From an uncultured delta proteobacterium (GTDB taxonomy: Bacteria; Desulfobacterota; Binatia; UBA9968), in contig CAWDPO010000043.1 in the NCBI GenBank assembly GCA_963804165.1, positions 32,001 to 96,000 on the forward strand: a DNA stretch of 64,000 nt. Reading direction: 5' to 3'. The notes under the pieces were generated by a model. The model worked only from the letters and a program-made list of their open reading frames with translations. It made no database searches and was not told the origin of the DNA. A program made the translations under genes and the position numbers. Shown here piece after piece: positions 8,778 to 20,978 of this stretch; the stretch's first letter is position 1, and every line of letters begins with the position of its first letter.

Positions 8778-10490
8778 TCAAATATACGCCTTCAGTACAT
8801 ATTGCTGCAGCATGCGGTGCGTATTGAAGAACGAACCATTCAACGCGATCGCGTGCCGCATGACATCCAAAAAGCCATCGCGATCGTCGTAGTAGAGCGG
8901 CAAGACGATTTGCTCTAGTTTTTCATAAAGCGAAGCAGCATCGTTGCTGTGATTGGCCGCTGCAGACGCCGGCCCGTCCGACGGGCCCATCGACCAGCCA
9001 GTCACGCCTTCGATGCAACCTTCAATCCACCAGCCATCGAGCACGCTAAAGCTCGGCACGCCGTTCACCGCGGCTTTCATGCCGCTCGTGCCCGAAGCCT
9101 CCATCGGCGGCAGCGGCGTGTTGAGCCAGACATCGACGCCGGCGGCCATCATCTTGCCGATTTCCATGCTGTAGTTTGTCAGATAAGCGATCTTGATCTT
9201 GTCGCGCAGCACATCGCGCGCGTGAAATACCCGTTGAATTTGTTCCTTTCCGGCTTGGTCTTGAGGATGGGCTTTGCCGGCGTAAATAATCTGCAGACCG
9301 CCGCGCTGGCTGGCGATCGTCTTGAGCCGCGCTGGATCGGTGAACAACAAGTCGGTGCGTTTGTAGGTGGTGGCGCGTCGCGCAAAACCGATCGTGAGCA
9401 CGTCGGAGTCCATCCCGGCGTTGCTTTCGAGATTGACGTGGTGGAGCAACTGCTTCTTGGCATTCGCGTGCGCCCGCCAAATTTCCTGCGTCGGAATGCT
9501 TAACGCATACCGCAGGCTGCAGTTGTCCTGGCGCCAGCCGGGAACATAGCGATCGTAAAGCTGTGCGAATGAGTCGGCCGCCCAGGTCGCGGCGTGAATG
9601 CCATTGGTGATCGCATCGATGGTGTAGCCGGCGAACATGAGTCTCGATACTTCACCATGTTTTTTGGCGACGCCGTTTACGTAGTGGCTCAGATTGAGCG
9701 CCAGATAGGTCATGTTCAAAAGATCGCCGCAACAAAACACGTCGCGCATTTCGTAAACGTCGCGCCGTCCGAGAACGCGATTGACTAGATCCATCGGAAA
9801 CTGATCCTGCCCGGCTGGCACCGGCGTATGCGTCGTAAAGACGCATTTTTTTCTTACCGCCTCAACATCATCGTGAGTTATAGCCGCCCTACCAGCCGAC
9901 TGCGCCACCTCATCCAAGAGTTCCAGCGCGAGCAGGCTTGAATGTCCTTCGTTCAGATGAAAGCGCTCCAGCTCGTTGAAACCCAATGCTCGCAGCATTC
10001 GCACGCCGCCGATCCCAAGAATGACTTCCTGGCACAGCCGATAATGCTGATCACCGCCGTAAAGGTAGTGCGTCAACGTGCGATCCCACTCGGAATTTTC
10101 CGGCACGTCGGCATCGAGGAAGTAAACCGGTACGGTGAAATCGCCGGGGCCTGCTACGTCGTATTTCCATGCCCGTAGAATCACCGTGCGCCCTTCAATG
10201 ATCACCGACACTCGCTGTGGCAGCTCAGTGAGAAAATCATCCACCGCCCAATCCACCGGCTCTTCGATCTGCCGGCCACTGTTATCCAGGCGCTGGTAAA
10301 AGTAGCCCTTTCGATGGAGTAACGTCACCGCCACCATTGGAACTTTGAGATCGGCGGCGGCGCGAACGGTATCGCCCGCCAGCACGCCAAGCCCGCCGCT
10401 ATAAGTCGGCATATCGGACACGATGCCGATCTCCATCGAAAAATAGGCGATTGTGCGCCGGTCAGCTTGTGCCATCGTCAAATCTTTCAT
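8778..10490 (-). CDS. glgP: Alpha-glucan (glycogen/maltodextrin) phosphorylase, short form
   Basis: [48 protein letters not shown] (PLP lysine). Confidence 0.95.
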   Translation of the reverse strand: MKDLTMAQADRRTIAYFSMEIGIVSDMPTYSGGLGVLAGDTVRAAADLKVPMVAVTLLHRKGYFYQRLDNSGRQIEEPVDWAVDDFLTELPQRVSVIIEGRTVILRAWKYDVAGPGDFTVPVYFLDADVPENSEWDRTLTHYLYGGDQHYRLCQEVILGIGGVRMLRALGFNELERFHLNEGHSSLLALELLDEVAQSAGRAAITHDDVEAVRKKCVFTTHTPVPAGQDQFPMDLVNRVLGRRDVYEMRDVFCCGDLLNMTYLALNLSHYVNGVAKKHGEVSRLMFAGYTIDAITNGIHAATWAADSFAQLYDRYVPGWRQDNCSLRYALSIPTQEIWRAHANAKKQLLHHVNLESNAGMDSDVLTIGFARRATTYKRTDLLFTDPARLKTIASQRGGLQIIYAGKAHPQDQAGKEQIQRVFHARDVLRDKIKIAYLTNYSMEIGKMMAAGVDVWLNTPLPPMEASGTSGMKAAVNGVPSFSVLDGWWIEGCIEGVTGWSMGPSDGPASAAANHSNDAASLYEKLEQIVLPLYYDDRDGFLDVMRHAIALNGSFFNTHRMLQQYVLKAYI

Positions 10491-10834
10491 GTCGCGGCTC
10501 GCGCCCGGCTTGCGCTTGACGCCTCATGGTTTGCCGGACTGTCATGCCGATGTACGCTGGCGAGATATTTCATACAGCCGGAAAGCCCGCGCCAATCGAC
10601 GACCAAATGCGCGATAGTCATCGCGATTGCGATAAAGCTAAACCAGCCGTGCAGCTCGCCCCACTCGCGTTTGGGGAGTTCGAAGAGCAGCAATCGAAAC
10701 CCTGAACGCGGTCCGTGAGGAACTAGCCAAAGCAAAAACCCGGAGATTGTGACGAGTCCCCAGACCACCATCATGGCTAGAGCGATAACGGCTCGAGCGT
10801 AGGTTCGGAAATTCAATGAAGCTGATTTTCCCAT
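10487..10834 (-). CDS. DUF4405-type small membrane protein (two His-bearing TMs)
   Basis: SGFLLW...WGELHGW...IAHLVVDW. Confidence 0.65.
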   Translation of the reverse strand: MGKSASLNFRTYARAVIALAMMVVWGLVTISGFLLWLVPHGPRSGFRLLLFELPKREWGELHGWFSFIAIAMTIAHLVVDWRGLSGCMKYLASVHRHDSPANHEASSASRARAAT

Positions 10835-10856
10835 GAGCTATCCTCTATCGAAAATT

Positions 10857-10872
10857 CGCACAGCCCGTGCCA
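10857..10872 (-). promoter_or_regulatory. Sigma-54 promoter
   Basis: TGGCACGGGCTGTGCG on the minus strand. Confidence 0.65.
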
Positions 10873-11102
10873 GTGGCACGAATAGAGGATTTTTCAGAAA
10901 TTGTGGCGGCTTTGCGAAATTTCCTCTAATGGATTCGCGGCAATGAGAAGATAAGGCTGCTGCTGGAAGAAAACACACAGCTTGCCGCAAAAACCCACGC
11001 CGATCTCGAAGCATTTCACCCACAAAGTTAGGGGCATATATATTGCTCATTTCAATGATGAGATTCAGTCAACGAGTTCTCACAGCAATCAGGGAGTCAA
11101 TC

Positions 11103-12487
11103 GTGGCGCAACTGGATCATGGGAACAGTCTGAAGTCTAAGCGCGAACGCGTGCTGATTCTCGGCGCGGCCGGGAGAGACTTTCACACGTTCAACGTTTG
11201 TTTTCGCAACGATCCGAACGTCGAGGTCGTCGCATTCACGGCCGCGCAAATTCCTGGGATCGAGAGCCGCCGATATCCCTCGTCATTAAGTGGCCCGCTT
11301 TATCCGGACGGCATCCCGATCTATCCGGAAGAAGATTTGGAAAAGCTCATCCGCGAGCAGCATGTTCATCAAGTGATCCTTGCCTACAGCGATCTTTCCC
11401 ATGTCGCCGTCATGCATCTCGCTTCGCGGGCCTTGGCCTGCGGCGCGGATTTTCGCCTCATCGGCCCGGATCGTAGCTCTCTTTCTTCAATCCGACCGGT
11501 AATCTCGGTTTGCGCCGTGCGCACTGGCTCCGGCAAAGACTCCGTGATCCGGCGAATCGCCGCGCTTTTGCGCGGGCGCAATCTACGCCCCGTTGTAGTG
11601 CGCCATCCGATGCCCTACGGCGATCTGGCTCTACAAGCCGTGCAGCGTTTTGCCACGGTTGAAGACTGTGACCGTCACCACTGCACGATTGAAGAACGCG
11701 AGGAGTACGAGCAACATATCAATGAAGGCGTCGTGCGTTTATGCCGGCGTCGATTACGCGCGCATCCTCGCGGCAGCCGAACAAGAAGCCGACGTCATTC
11801 TTTGGGACGGCGGCAATAATGATTGGTCATTTTTCAAATCGGATCTGGAGATTGTTCTGCTCGATCCGCATCGCGCCGGTCATGAGTTGCTCTATCATCC
11901 CGGCGAAACCAATTTTCGCCGGGCGCAAGTATTGATCGTCAACAAGATGGATTCGGCGCCGGTCGACGGCGTCGAGCAAGTCATGGCCAACGTAGCGGCG
12001 GTAAATCCGTCAGGCCACCGTGATTAAAGCGCGCTCAAATATTACGGTCGATAAGCCAGAGATCATCAGGGGCAAAAGAGTCCTGGTGATCGAGGATGGC
12101 CCGACCTTGACCCACGGCGAAATGGCCTACGGTTCCGGAACGATCGCGGCGCAACAGCATGGCGTCGCTGAAATCGTCGACCCCAAACCCCATGCCAAGG
12201 GAAGCTTGGTCGAGACCTTCAAAAAATTTCCTTGGGTCGGCAGAGCGCTCCCGGCCATGGGTTACTCCCCGGGGCAGCTCGAAGATCTCGCCGCGACCAT
12301 CCGTGCCACGCCGTGCGACAGCATCGTCGTGGCGAGCCCGGTCGATTTGGCCCGGCTCATTTCGCTGCCGAAGCCTTCCTGCCACGTATGCTACGATCTT
12401 GAAGAAATCAGCCGGCCGAATTTGTCCGGAGTTATGGAGGTCTTCTTGCGTCTCCAAGCACACCCGCTGCAAAGATCGAAGCGATGA
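11103..12487 (+). CDS. Cyclic 2,3-diphosphoglycerate synthase-like P-loop GTPase; two frameshifts (about 11735 and 12015)
   Basis: GAAGRDFH, VRTGSGK, RHPMPYG, TIEEREEYE, WDGGNND, EDGPTLTHG spread over three ORF pieces. Confidence 0.85.
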
Positions 12488-15030
12488 TCTCGGCAGCCAA
12501 TTTCGAAGCCACAAGCGGCCGTGGGCTCAGCAGTGAAGAAGCGCGGCAGAAGCTCGTCCGAGATGGCTACAATGAATTGCCCTCAGCAGCCCGGCACAGG
12601 ACACTCGTTATCGCGCTCAGGGTCGCGCGCGAGCCGATGTTTTTGCTGCTCATCTTCAGCACGCTGATCTATCTCATCCTCGGCGATGTGCGCGAGGCGT
12701 CGATTCTATCTCTCTCGTTAATCGTCATTTTCACCATCACCATTTTCCAAGAACGAAAAACCGAGCGCGCTCTGGAAGCCCTGCGCGACTTGTCGAGCCC
12801 GCGTGCCCTAGTGATCCGTGACGGCGAAGAAAAACGTATCGCGGGGAGGGAAGTCGTCTCCGATGACACGGTCATTCTCACCGAAGGCGACCGCGTTCCG
12901 GCCGATGCGGTGATCCTCTCCTGCAACGATCTCATGGTAGATGAGTCGCTGCTGACCGGCGAATCCATGCCGGTTCGCAAGATCGCGTGGGAGGGCGTTC
13001 AGCAGGTCACTCGGCCGGGAGGTGACGATCTGCCGTTTGTTTATTCCGGCACGATGCTTATCCAGGGTCGCGGCGTCGTGCGCGTCACCGCGACCGGAAC
13101 GCGAACCGAACTCGGCAAGATCGGCAAAGCGCTCCAATCCGTCGAAACCGACGAAACCTTCCTGCAAAAGAAATCCACCGTCATGATCCGCAACTTTGCC
13201 GCCGTCGGCCTGGCGCTGTGCGCGCTGGCTGTAGTGCTTTACGGCTTGAGCCGTGGCAATTGGCTCCAGGGCTTTTTGGTCGGTATCGCGCTGGCGATGT
13301 CGCTGCTTCCTGAAGAAATTCCGGTGGTGTTGACGGTCTTTCTCGCCATCGGCGCCTGGCGCATGTCACAAAAAAACGTCTTGACCCGGCGCATGCCGGC
13401 CATCGAAGCCCTCGGAGCCGCCACGGTGCTCTGCGTCGACAAAACAGGTACCCTGACACTCAACCGAATGTCCGTGAGCCGACTCTTCGCCGACGGTGAG
13501 TTTTACGAAGTCGATGAAGCTGAACCCCGCGCGCTGCCAGGGCGATTCCACGAGCTGGTGCGCTTTGCGGTGTTGGCCAGTGAAACCGAGCCCTTCGATC
13601 CCATGGAGAAAGCATTCATAGCGTTGGGCGATCGCTATCTCGATCCACGGGGAATAACGAGAAATGGACGCTAGTTCACGAGTATTCCATCAAACCGGAG
13701 TTGCTCGCGCTATCCCATGTCTGGAAGGCACCAAGACGCGACGAATACGTGATCGCCGCCAAAGGAGCGCCCGAGGCGGTCGCCGATCTCTGTCACTTCA
13801 GCGACGAGCTGATGACCGCACTGTCGGGACATGTCGATGCGATGGCCGGTAACGGCTTGCGTGTCCTCGCGGTGGCCAAGACGAGTTTCGCCGGTGAGCG
13901 CTGGCCAAAGAGTCAGCACGATTTTGATTTCGAATTTTTGGGTCTCATTGGCTTGGCCGACCCGCTTCGTCCCGAAGTTCCGAGCGCGATCAAAGAATGC
14001 CACGAAGCCGGCGTGAACGTCGTCATGATCACAGGGGATTATCCCGCCACCGCGCGGGCGATCGGTCGCAAGATCGATCTGCCGCTCGAACGGGAGCTTA
14101 TGATCGGCACCGACATTGACCGGCTATCTCAGGGGGAACTGCGCCGGCGCATCGCCGGAGCATCGATTTTTGCGCGCGTCCTGCCTGAACAAAAACTCGC
14201 CTTGGTGGAAGCCTTCAAAGCCAATGGTCAGGTCGTGGCGATGACCGGCGACGGAGTGAATGACGCGCCGGCGCTCAAAGCCGCCCATATCGGCATCGCC
14301 ATGGGCGGGCGCGGCACCGACGTGGCGCGTGAAGCCGCTTCGTTGGTGCTGCTCGACGACAATTTCGCCACTATCGTCGAAGCCATTCGGTCTGGCCGAC
14401 GGATTTTCGATAACATTCAAAAGGCGATGGGCTTTATTTTTTCCATTCATGTGCCGATCGCGGGCCTGGCGTTGCTGCCGTTGCTCCTCGATTGGCCTCT
14501 CATACTCACTCCGGTGCACATCGTGTTTCTTGAGTTAATCATCGATCCGGCTTGTTCCATCGCTTTCGAAGCCGAGCCCGCGGAGGTTAACGTGATGGAA
14601 CGCCCGCCGCGCAATCCAAACGCGCCACTTTTTGGCATGGGCCAGATCGTTTTTAGTCTATTCGAAGGATTCATCAGCTTGCTCGCCATACTTTTGGTGT
14701 TCGGCTTTTCTCTTTACCGCGGTTACGGCGAAGCCGAGGTGCGTATACTCACATTCGCGACCTTGGTGATCACAATGCTAGGACTCATCCTCGTCAATCG
14801 CTCACACTCGCAAAACCTGTGGAGCGCTCTGCGCTTGCCGAATCGCGCTGTGTGGTGGGTTGTCGGGGGAGCGTTAAGCTTTTCTCGCCGCAGTCATTTA
14901 CATTCCGCAAGCCCGCGAGATATTCCGCTTCGCCCCATTGCCGTGGACTGATTTGATGATTCCGATTGGCGCGGCTGGCCTCGCCGTTTTCTGTCTGGAG
15001 ATTGCCAAATTCTTGCGGCGCGAAGGATAA
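12484..15030 (+). CDS. Cation-transporting P-type ATPase (type II); frameshifts near 13670 and 14885
   Basis: TGES, PEE, DKTGTLT, KGAPE, TGD, GDGVNDAPALK. Confidence 0.9.
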
Positions 15031-15337
15031 CTTTCAGACACAGTCGGGACTGACCTTGCCCTCAAACAGTTTGCAGGCGACTCTAAATATCGCCGTTTTC
15101 TGTTGCAGGCTTGCCGAAGGCTATGTTTATATAACCGAGCGCAAATTACCCGTTGAGGCGCCCCGGGGTTTATAAACTCGACGGCATCTGAATTATTAAA
15201 CAATTTGTAAATTCGCTGGTGGGTATCGAGATTTTACGGATTGTCCTGCTGTGATTCACAGACTTCACTAGCCCATTTGTAAAGTAGTTCTAAAGATCGG
15301 GCACTGACACAGTTCATTAAAACGGAGGTGTCAAGTC

Positions 15338-17728
15338 ATGGCGCGAGAACCTATGCCAATTTCGTCTCTTTGGTTCCAAGGAGCGATGTTGACTTATATC
15401 CTCGGATTTACCGTTCTCGGCCTGCTCGCCTATCTGGTCTACCGCGACCAACCGCCGATGCCCGCAAGAGTCGTGGCGGGTGAAAAGATCGTGTTTGTTC
15501 GCGGCGATATTCTCGGCGGCATGAATGTCTTCCAGCGCTACGGATTGATGGAGTATGGCTCCGTGTACGGTCATGGGGCTTATCTGGGGCCTGATTTTAC
15601 CGCCGAGTACCTTCACAAGAGCGCCGAGTTTCTTGTCGCGGCTTATGCCGGCGTGCTGACAGGCGGCCTTTCGGCGCGCGAGCGGGTTGCGGCAGAGCTG
15701 CACAAAAATACCTACGATCCGAATGAAGATTCGCTCGTCTGGACTGCGCAAAGAGCAGCGGCACACAAAATGATGGAGGATTACTACCGCTCGATTTTTT
15801 CTGCAAAACAAACACGGGGCGGCGCACAAGCCGAATGGATTACGAATCCGGAAGATATTCGCAAACTCACCGCGTTCTTTGCTTGGACTGCTTGGACCGC
15901 GGCAGCCAATCGTCCGGGACACTCCTACTCATACACCAATAATTGGCCCCCGGAGCCGCTGGCGGGTAATTTTATTACCGCCGATGCCATTACCTGGAGC
16001 GTGATTTCCATCATCGGACTGTTGGGAGGGACCGGGCTCATCCTGTATTTTTTCGGCCGTTACGATTGGCTCGGCTGGAGTGAAACAGGGAGTAAACCGG
16101 TGCAATTCCGTTCCATCGATCAAGTGGCGGTTACGCCGGCACAGAGAGCCATTGTATGGTTCCTCTTCGTGTCTTCATTGCTGTTCGTCTTGCAAACTTT
16201 GACCGGTGGACTAATCGCGCACTATCGCGCCGAGCCGGAAGGATTTTTCGGCATCGATTTTTCAGCGATTCTGCCTTTTAACATCGCTCGCACCTGGCAC
16301 GTCCAGCTGGCAATTTTTTGGGTCTCGGCCTCCTACCTTGCAACCGGAATTTTCATCGTGCCCCTGATCGCGGGGCGCGAGCGTTCCGGCCAAGCGGCGC
16401 TTACAATCCTGCTTCTCATCGCTGTTGCGATTGTGGTCTTCGGCAGTCTCGCGGGCGAGTATGTCGGCGCACGCGGTTGGTTAGGCGAGGGATTGTGGTT
16501 TTGGCTGGGTCATCAGGGCTGGGAATATCTCGACCTCGGCAGGCTCTGGCAGATCCTGCTCGTCGTAGGTCTTTTCCTTTGGGTCTTTATATTGTTTCGC
16601 GGTCTGCGTGGGACGCTGCGCGAGCAACACTTCGGCAACATGCCCTGGTTGCTCTTCTACGCCGCCCTCGCGATTCCCGCCTTCTACGCCGTAGGTTTGC
16701 TTGCAAGCCCTCGTGAAGGGTTCGTAGTCAATGATTTCTGGCGCTTTTGGGTAGTGCATCTCTGGGTCGAAGATTTTCTCGAGCTATTTACGACAGTGGT
16801 CGTCGCTTACATGTTCGTGTTACTCGGAGTCGTGCGCCAAGCGACTGCCCTGCGCGTGATCTATTTAGATATTATTCTCTACTCTCTCGGCGGCGTCATC
16901 GGCACCATGCATCATCTGTATTTCAGCGGCACACCGGTGGCGCATCTCGCTCTCGGCGCGACTTTCTCTGCTATGGAGGTGATCCCGTTGCTGCTCCTGT
17001 CCCTCGAGGCCTGGTCATTTATAAAATCCGGGGAACAGAAGACCACCGAACGCTATCATCTCCACCGCTGGGCCGTCTGGTTTCTGGTGTCGGTGGGTGT
17101 GTGGAATTTTCTCGGCGCCGGGGTGTTTGGATTCCTAATCAATCTGCCGGTGGTAAGTTACTATGAAATCGGCACCGCGCTCACGGCCAATCACGGCCAC
17201 ACCGCGATGATGGGAGTTTATGGCATGCTGGCCGCCGGGCTATTGCTCTTCTGCTTGCGTTACTTGACCCGTCCCGAAAGGTGGAGCGATCGCGCGGCTA
17301 AAATATCTTTTTGGTCTTTGAATATCGGCTTGGCATGGATGGCATTTGTGAATCTTTTTCCGCTCGGCATTGTCCAGCTCTATTACGCCGTGGATATTGG
17401 CTACTGGTACGCGCGGAGTTTGGCGTTTATCAATTTGCCCTGGGTTAATGTTCTCGAATGGGCGCGCCTGCCCGGCGACGCTCTCTTTATAATCGGCGGG
17501 GCTTTGCCACTGGTATGGCTCTGCTGGCAGGCGCTGCGTTATCCGAACCCGCGTCGAATTGAAGCGGAGACCGAGTTGCCGCGGAGCTCTATACTTTCGA
17601 GTCCGACCGCGAGCAAGTTTAACCCAGCGAATCGCACGTTTCATCGGAGAGCAACGGCCGCTCTGGTACTGGGATGGCTACCCTTCGATGCGCGATTGTC
17701 CAGAGAGAACTTAATGCGGCAATCTTAA
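15338..17728 (+). CDS. norB: Quinol-dependent nitric oxide reductase (qNor); true C-terminus probably near 17600
   Basis: GHGAYLGPDFTA, YTNNWP, RTWHVQL, HLWVEDFLE, GTMHHLY, NHGH; heme and non-heme Fe His ligands intact. Confidence 0.93.
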   Translation: MAREPMPISSLWFQGAMLTYILGFTVLGLLAYLVYRDQPPMPARVVAGEKIVFVRGDILGGMNVFQRYGLMEYGSVYGHGAYLGPDFTAEYLHKSAEFLVAAYAGVLTGGLSARERVAAELHKNTYDPNEDSLVWTAQRAAAHKMMEDYYRSIFSAKQTRGGAQAEWITNPEDIRKLTAFFAWTAWTAAANRPGHSYSYTNNWPPEPLAGNFITADAITWSVISIIGLLGGTGLILYFFGRYDWLGWSETGSKPVQFRSIDQVAVTPAQRAIVWFLFVSSLLFVLQTLTGGLIAHYRAEPEGFFGIDFSAILPFNIARTWHVQLAIFWVSASYLATGIFIVPLIAGRERSGQAALTILLLIAVAIVVFGSLAGEYVGARGWLGEGLWFWLGHQGWEYLDLGRLWQILLVVGLFLWVFILFRGLRGTLREQHFGNMPWLLFYAALAIPAFYAVGLLASPREGFVVNDFWRFWVVHLWVEDFLELFTTVVVAYMFVLLGVVRQATALRVIYLDIILYSLGGVIGTMHHLYFSGTPVAHLALGATFSAMEVIPLLLLSLEAWSFIKSGEQKTTERYHLHRWAVWFLVSVGVWNFLGAGVFGFLINLPVVSYYEIGTALTANHGHTAMMGVYGMLAAGLLLFCLRYLTRPERWSDRAAKISFWSLNIGLAWMAFVNLFPLGIVQLYYAVDIGYWYARSLAFINLPWVNVLEWARLPGDALFIIGGALPLVWLCWQALRYPNPRRIEAETELPRSSILSSPTASKFNPANRTFHRRATAALVLGWLPFDARLSRENLMRQS

Positions 17729-18160
17729 TCGAAGAAATTCGCCGATGACGATGGCGGCGGGATAAAGGACTTCTTCTTCAGTCTGCGCATGCAGCATTAA
17801 CTTCTCCCCAAACCGCGCGTGCTCCGGCAGTTTTTCCCTCTTGGCCGCAGCGATTAACTTCTTCAACGCCGCCACTACGGCTCGATGCTCCCGAAGCATA
17901 TCGGGTAGCTCCGCCTTTAGCCGATCCGTCATGATCAGAACGGAGCGCATTCGTCGATCGACTTTGCCGCGCGCCAGCCGCGCTAATAGACCGATTGGCG
18001 GCAAGGCAAATTCTTCTTCCTTGAGAAAATGATTATGGAGAATTTTGGCCACGGCTTTCGCCGCCTCGCCCGTCTTACCTCCAGCTTTTGTCGCATGGAC
18101 AAGTTCCGCGTGCAGTTCTTGGTGTTCGATTCTCAGCGGTTCAGGGATAGCAAGTTTCAT
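17711..18160 (-). CDS. Hemerythrin-like (HHE) domain protein
   Basis: EHQELH, HFLKEEE, EH, HAQTEEEVLYP. Confidence 0.8.
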   Translation of the reverse strand: MKLAIPEPLRIEHQELHAELVHATKAGGKTGEAAKAVAKILHNHFLKEEEFALPPIGLLARLARGKVDRRMRSVLIMTDRLKAELPDMLREHRAVVAALKKLIAAAKREKLPEHARFGEKLMLHAQTEEEVLYPAAIVIGEFLRLRLPH

Positions 18161-18661
18161 TTCTATAACCTCCTAGATCGTAGCCGGCTTTTGCCGATGT
18201 GCGGCGAGTCGCTTCGATGATATGCGGGCCATCGACGTTTGGCACAACTCTTACGTCGGGAGCCTCGCGCAACTGGCGCAAAATCTGCTCGGCATTGGCT
18301 CCCGCCAATTCTTCGCATTGATCGTACATACCACCCGGATCTTCCTCGAGCGGATTATGGCGCTCAAGAATTGCCAGAATCGCACTGACCATCTGCACGG
18401 TCGGCGAAGGCACGAGCAAGACGGCCAACGCACCGTGATCAAGGCGCAGTTGGCCGCGACAGGAAGCGGTTCGCCGCCGCGCAGCTTTTGCGCCGCTGGA
18501 AGAAGCACCTTTTCCTCCATACCGATGTGCTTGAGTAAACCCGCGCGGAATTGGGCGTAAGCCGAAGCATCAATATTTTCCGAGTCGGACATGGCGCGCT
18601 CGAGCAGGGCATCGAGACGCCGGTGATCGCCGGTGAGATAGCGGTAGATTTTCCCAGGCAT
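18141..18661 (-). CDS. Hemerythrin-like protein, copy 1 (frameshift near 18450)
   Basis: DHRRLD, HIGMEEKVL, HNPLEE; paralog of 27820-28316 and 32255-32752. Confidence 0.75.
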
Positions 18662-18839
18662 GCTCCTTTGCATCAGGCCGATCTTGGCATCTGCATCGAA
18701 GCCGGCATCATGAGCTTTCTTTTGATTGAGCTGCTGAAGCTGAAACAAACATAATTCGTACAGCGGCATCACTCGTGATTACCGAACCGCTTAGCCAACT
18801 CCACGGCGCAGGCGTCGGCTGCGCAACGAAGGCGCTCCG

Positions 18840-19170
18840 TTACTTTGCCAGCGATCGGAGTAACTCAGCCTGCCTTTTGCTCGTCTTTGCTCAGTTCTTG
18901 TCGCCGGCATTTTGCCGGACCCTCAGCGATGACCTTCAAAATGCTGGTCGTCCGATTTCTGCGTCGTTTCTTTGCCGACGATGTTCAGCCCTTTTTCCCC
19001 AAGGCTTTGACCATGGCCGGATTGCCTTTTCCGTCCGCCCCATGACAACCGGCGCAGTTCTTCTCATAGCGCCTTGCCGGCATCGCGCGTCGGCTGCCAG
19101 AGCCCTGGCTGATCGGCCATGCTAGAGTAAGGATAACGGCGGTGGTCGTTAGCGATTGTGTTAATTTCAC
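18840..19170 (-). CDS. Monoheme class I cytochrome c, copy 1 (several indels)
   Basis: Signal peptide and CAGCHGADGKG; paralog of 28507-28842. Confidence 0.75.
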
Positions 19171-19461
19171 GGAGGTCCTCCTGATTGGCTTTTCTGTTAC
19201 CCTTGAGGATTTACAATCTAGGCAAGTGACTGTCAACGATCTCTGTCGCGATCTTTAGACGCCGAGGCACACGGCGATCTATCACTCGTCTTATGAGAAA
19301 CCTGCAGCCTGAGCATAGACCATCGATTCCGAAGGATACTGGCCGAATAGCCCATGAATCACTTTTTACTGGATAATTTGCCGACCATTCGGTATACGCT
19401 AGGAATCATCGACAAACGATGGAGCCGCTGTGCTCCGATATCGACCGGAAGGAAATAATCT

Positions 19462-20074
19462 TTGGCAAACTACGCAGTCGCTACCGTCATCGTTTTGAGT
19501 ATTATTCTGATCGGCCTATTGCTGATTCGGCCTTCGATCACGGCAGCGCAAGGAGGCAAGATTGTCGCCTTTATTGCGTTCTTTATCCTGCCGATCGTCG
19601 CGACGGTCTTGGGCGCTTCGATTCATTTAGAGAACTCTACGTCGACGCAGTTTTGCTTGTCTTGCCACGTCATGGAAGCCCACGGAAAGAGCCTTTACAT
19701 CGACGATCCCACCTATCTTCCCGCCGCCCATTTTCAAAACAACCGTATCCCGAAGGACCAAGCCTGCTTTACCTGTCACACCGATTACACCATGTTCGGC
19801 GACGTCAACAGCCAAGATGCGCGGCCTCAAACACATCTACGTTTATTACTTAAAAACTCCGCCGGCGAAACTCGCACTCTATGAACCTTTCAAAAACCGC
19901 GAATGCTTACATTGCCATGCCAACGCGCGATCCTATGAAGAAACAACACCGCACAAGGAAATGAAGGAACAGCTAGCCAGCCAACGACATGTCGTGCTTG
20001 ACATGCCACAGCTAAGATTCACGATGTGGCGAACATCGATAAGACAAAAAAGTGGAAAGGGCCCGGGAACATGA
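19462..20074 (+). CDS. NapC/NirT-like membrane-anchored tetraheme cytochrome c, copy 1 (frameshifted)
   Basis: Two TMs, CLSCH, CFTCH, CLHCH and a frameshifted CLTCH. Confidence 0.8.
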
Positions 20075-20265
20075 CAGAGCAACGCGTCGCGCTTGCAGCG
20101 CAAACTGAAGACGGCAGCTTACTTGTTGACTCGCCGGCCTAGCCGTTGAAGGGATTACTCTCCACTGGGCCCATCCGACAAGCTTTCTGCTTTTCATCAG
20201 TCTCGGCGGCATTCTCGTCTTGGCTGGTATAGCCATTTATCTGATTGCTATTGTCACCGGCTTGA
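20071..20265 (+). CDS. Small 2-TM protein, copy 1 (frameshifted)
   Basis: DNA is near-identical to 29731-29922. Confidence 0.6.
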
Positions 20266-20355
20266 CCGGCGTCTGTTCTCAGATTGGATGCGATCCTTAC
20301 TGATCTCTGACCTATTGCATCTTTAGAGGCACGATCTGAAAGTTCACCCGCTGCG

Positions 20356-20691
20356 CTACTTCGCCAGGGATCGCGCATAGCCCAAAGCCTGTTTTTGCTC
20401 CTCTTTGGTCAGCTTGGAAGCCGGCATTTTCCCGGCACCTTCGGCGATGAGTTTCAGTGAATTGCTCGTCAGACTTCTTTTTGGTTTCGGCCCCGACGAT
20501 ATTGAAGGCCCTTATCGAATCCTGAGTAATTTCGCCATTTTCTCGTTACCTTTGCCATCGGCACCGTGACAGCCGGCGCAAGATTTTTCGTAAAGCGCTT
20601 TGCCGCTGTCGGCATCGGCGGCGATCGCAGCCGAAGTTGTCCCCATCCAAATCAATAATCCAGCTATCGTTATGCTGATTTTGTGCCCCAT
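20356..20691 (-). CDS. Monoheme cytochrome c, third paralog (indels)
   Basis: Manual translation: ...YEKSCAGCHGADGKG...GAGKMPASKLTKEEQKQALGYARSLAK*. Confidence 0.75.
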
Positions 20692-20978
20692 GATCGGTCT
20701 CTCCTTTAGTGCTTGGTGTTCTGCCTTCGGATTTTTAACTACTGTGTTTTGTCAGACGCTGACCTGGCTTATGGCCCGGAGTCTTGCCGCGCCGCACACG
20801 GTTGTAGGGCTCGACGCGCTGGCTACTTTTTCCTACAGGTGAAGCATTCTCCGTATTAGACGCGACTAACCATCGGATGATTCAGTGTCGCTGCGCGCTA
20901 CCTGGTGCTAGCATAAATGACCATGGCAACGGTTGCAGGCAATTCCGTTTTTTCCCAAGTTTGCGAAACTGCACAGGC

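Noticed and set aside
8949-9503. Long antisense ORFs here and elsewhere (for example 24114-24818 and 52203-53036)
   Set aside because: These are shadow frames of well-supported GC-rich genes on the opposite strand
15338-17728. qNor as an NO dismutase (Nod)
   Set aside because: The non-heme Fe His ligands, the catalytic Glu and the quinol-site His are retained; HLWVED instead of HLWVEG is only a qNor variant
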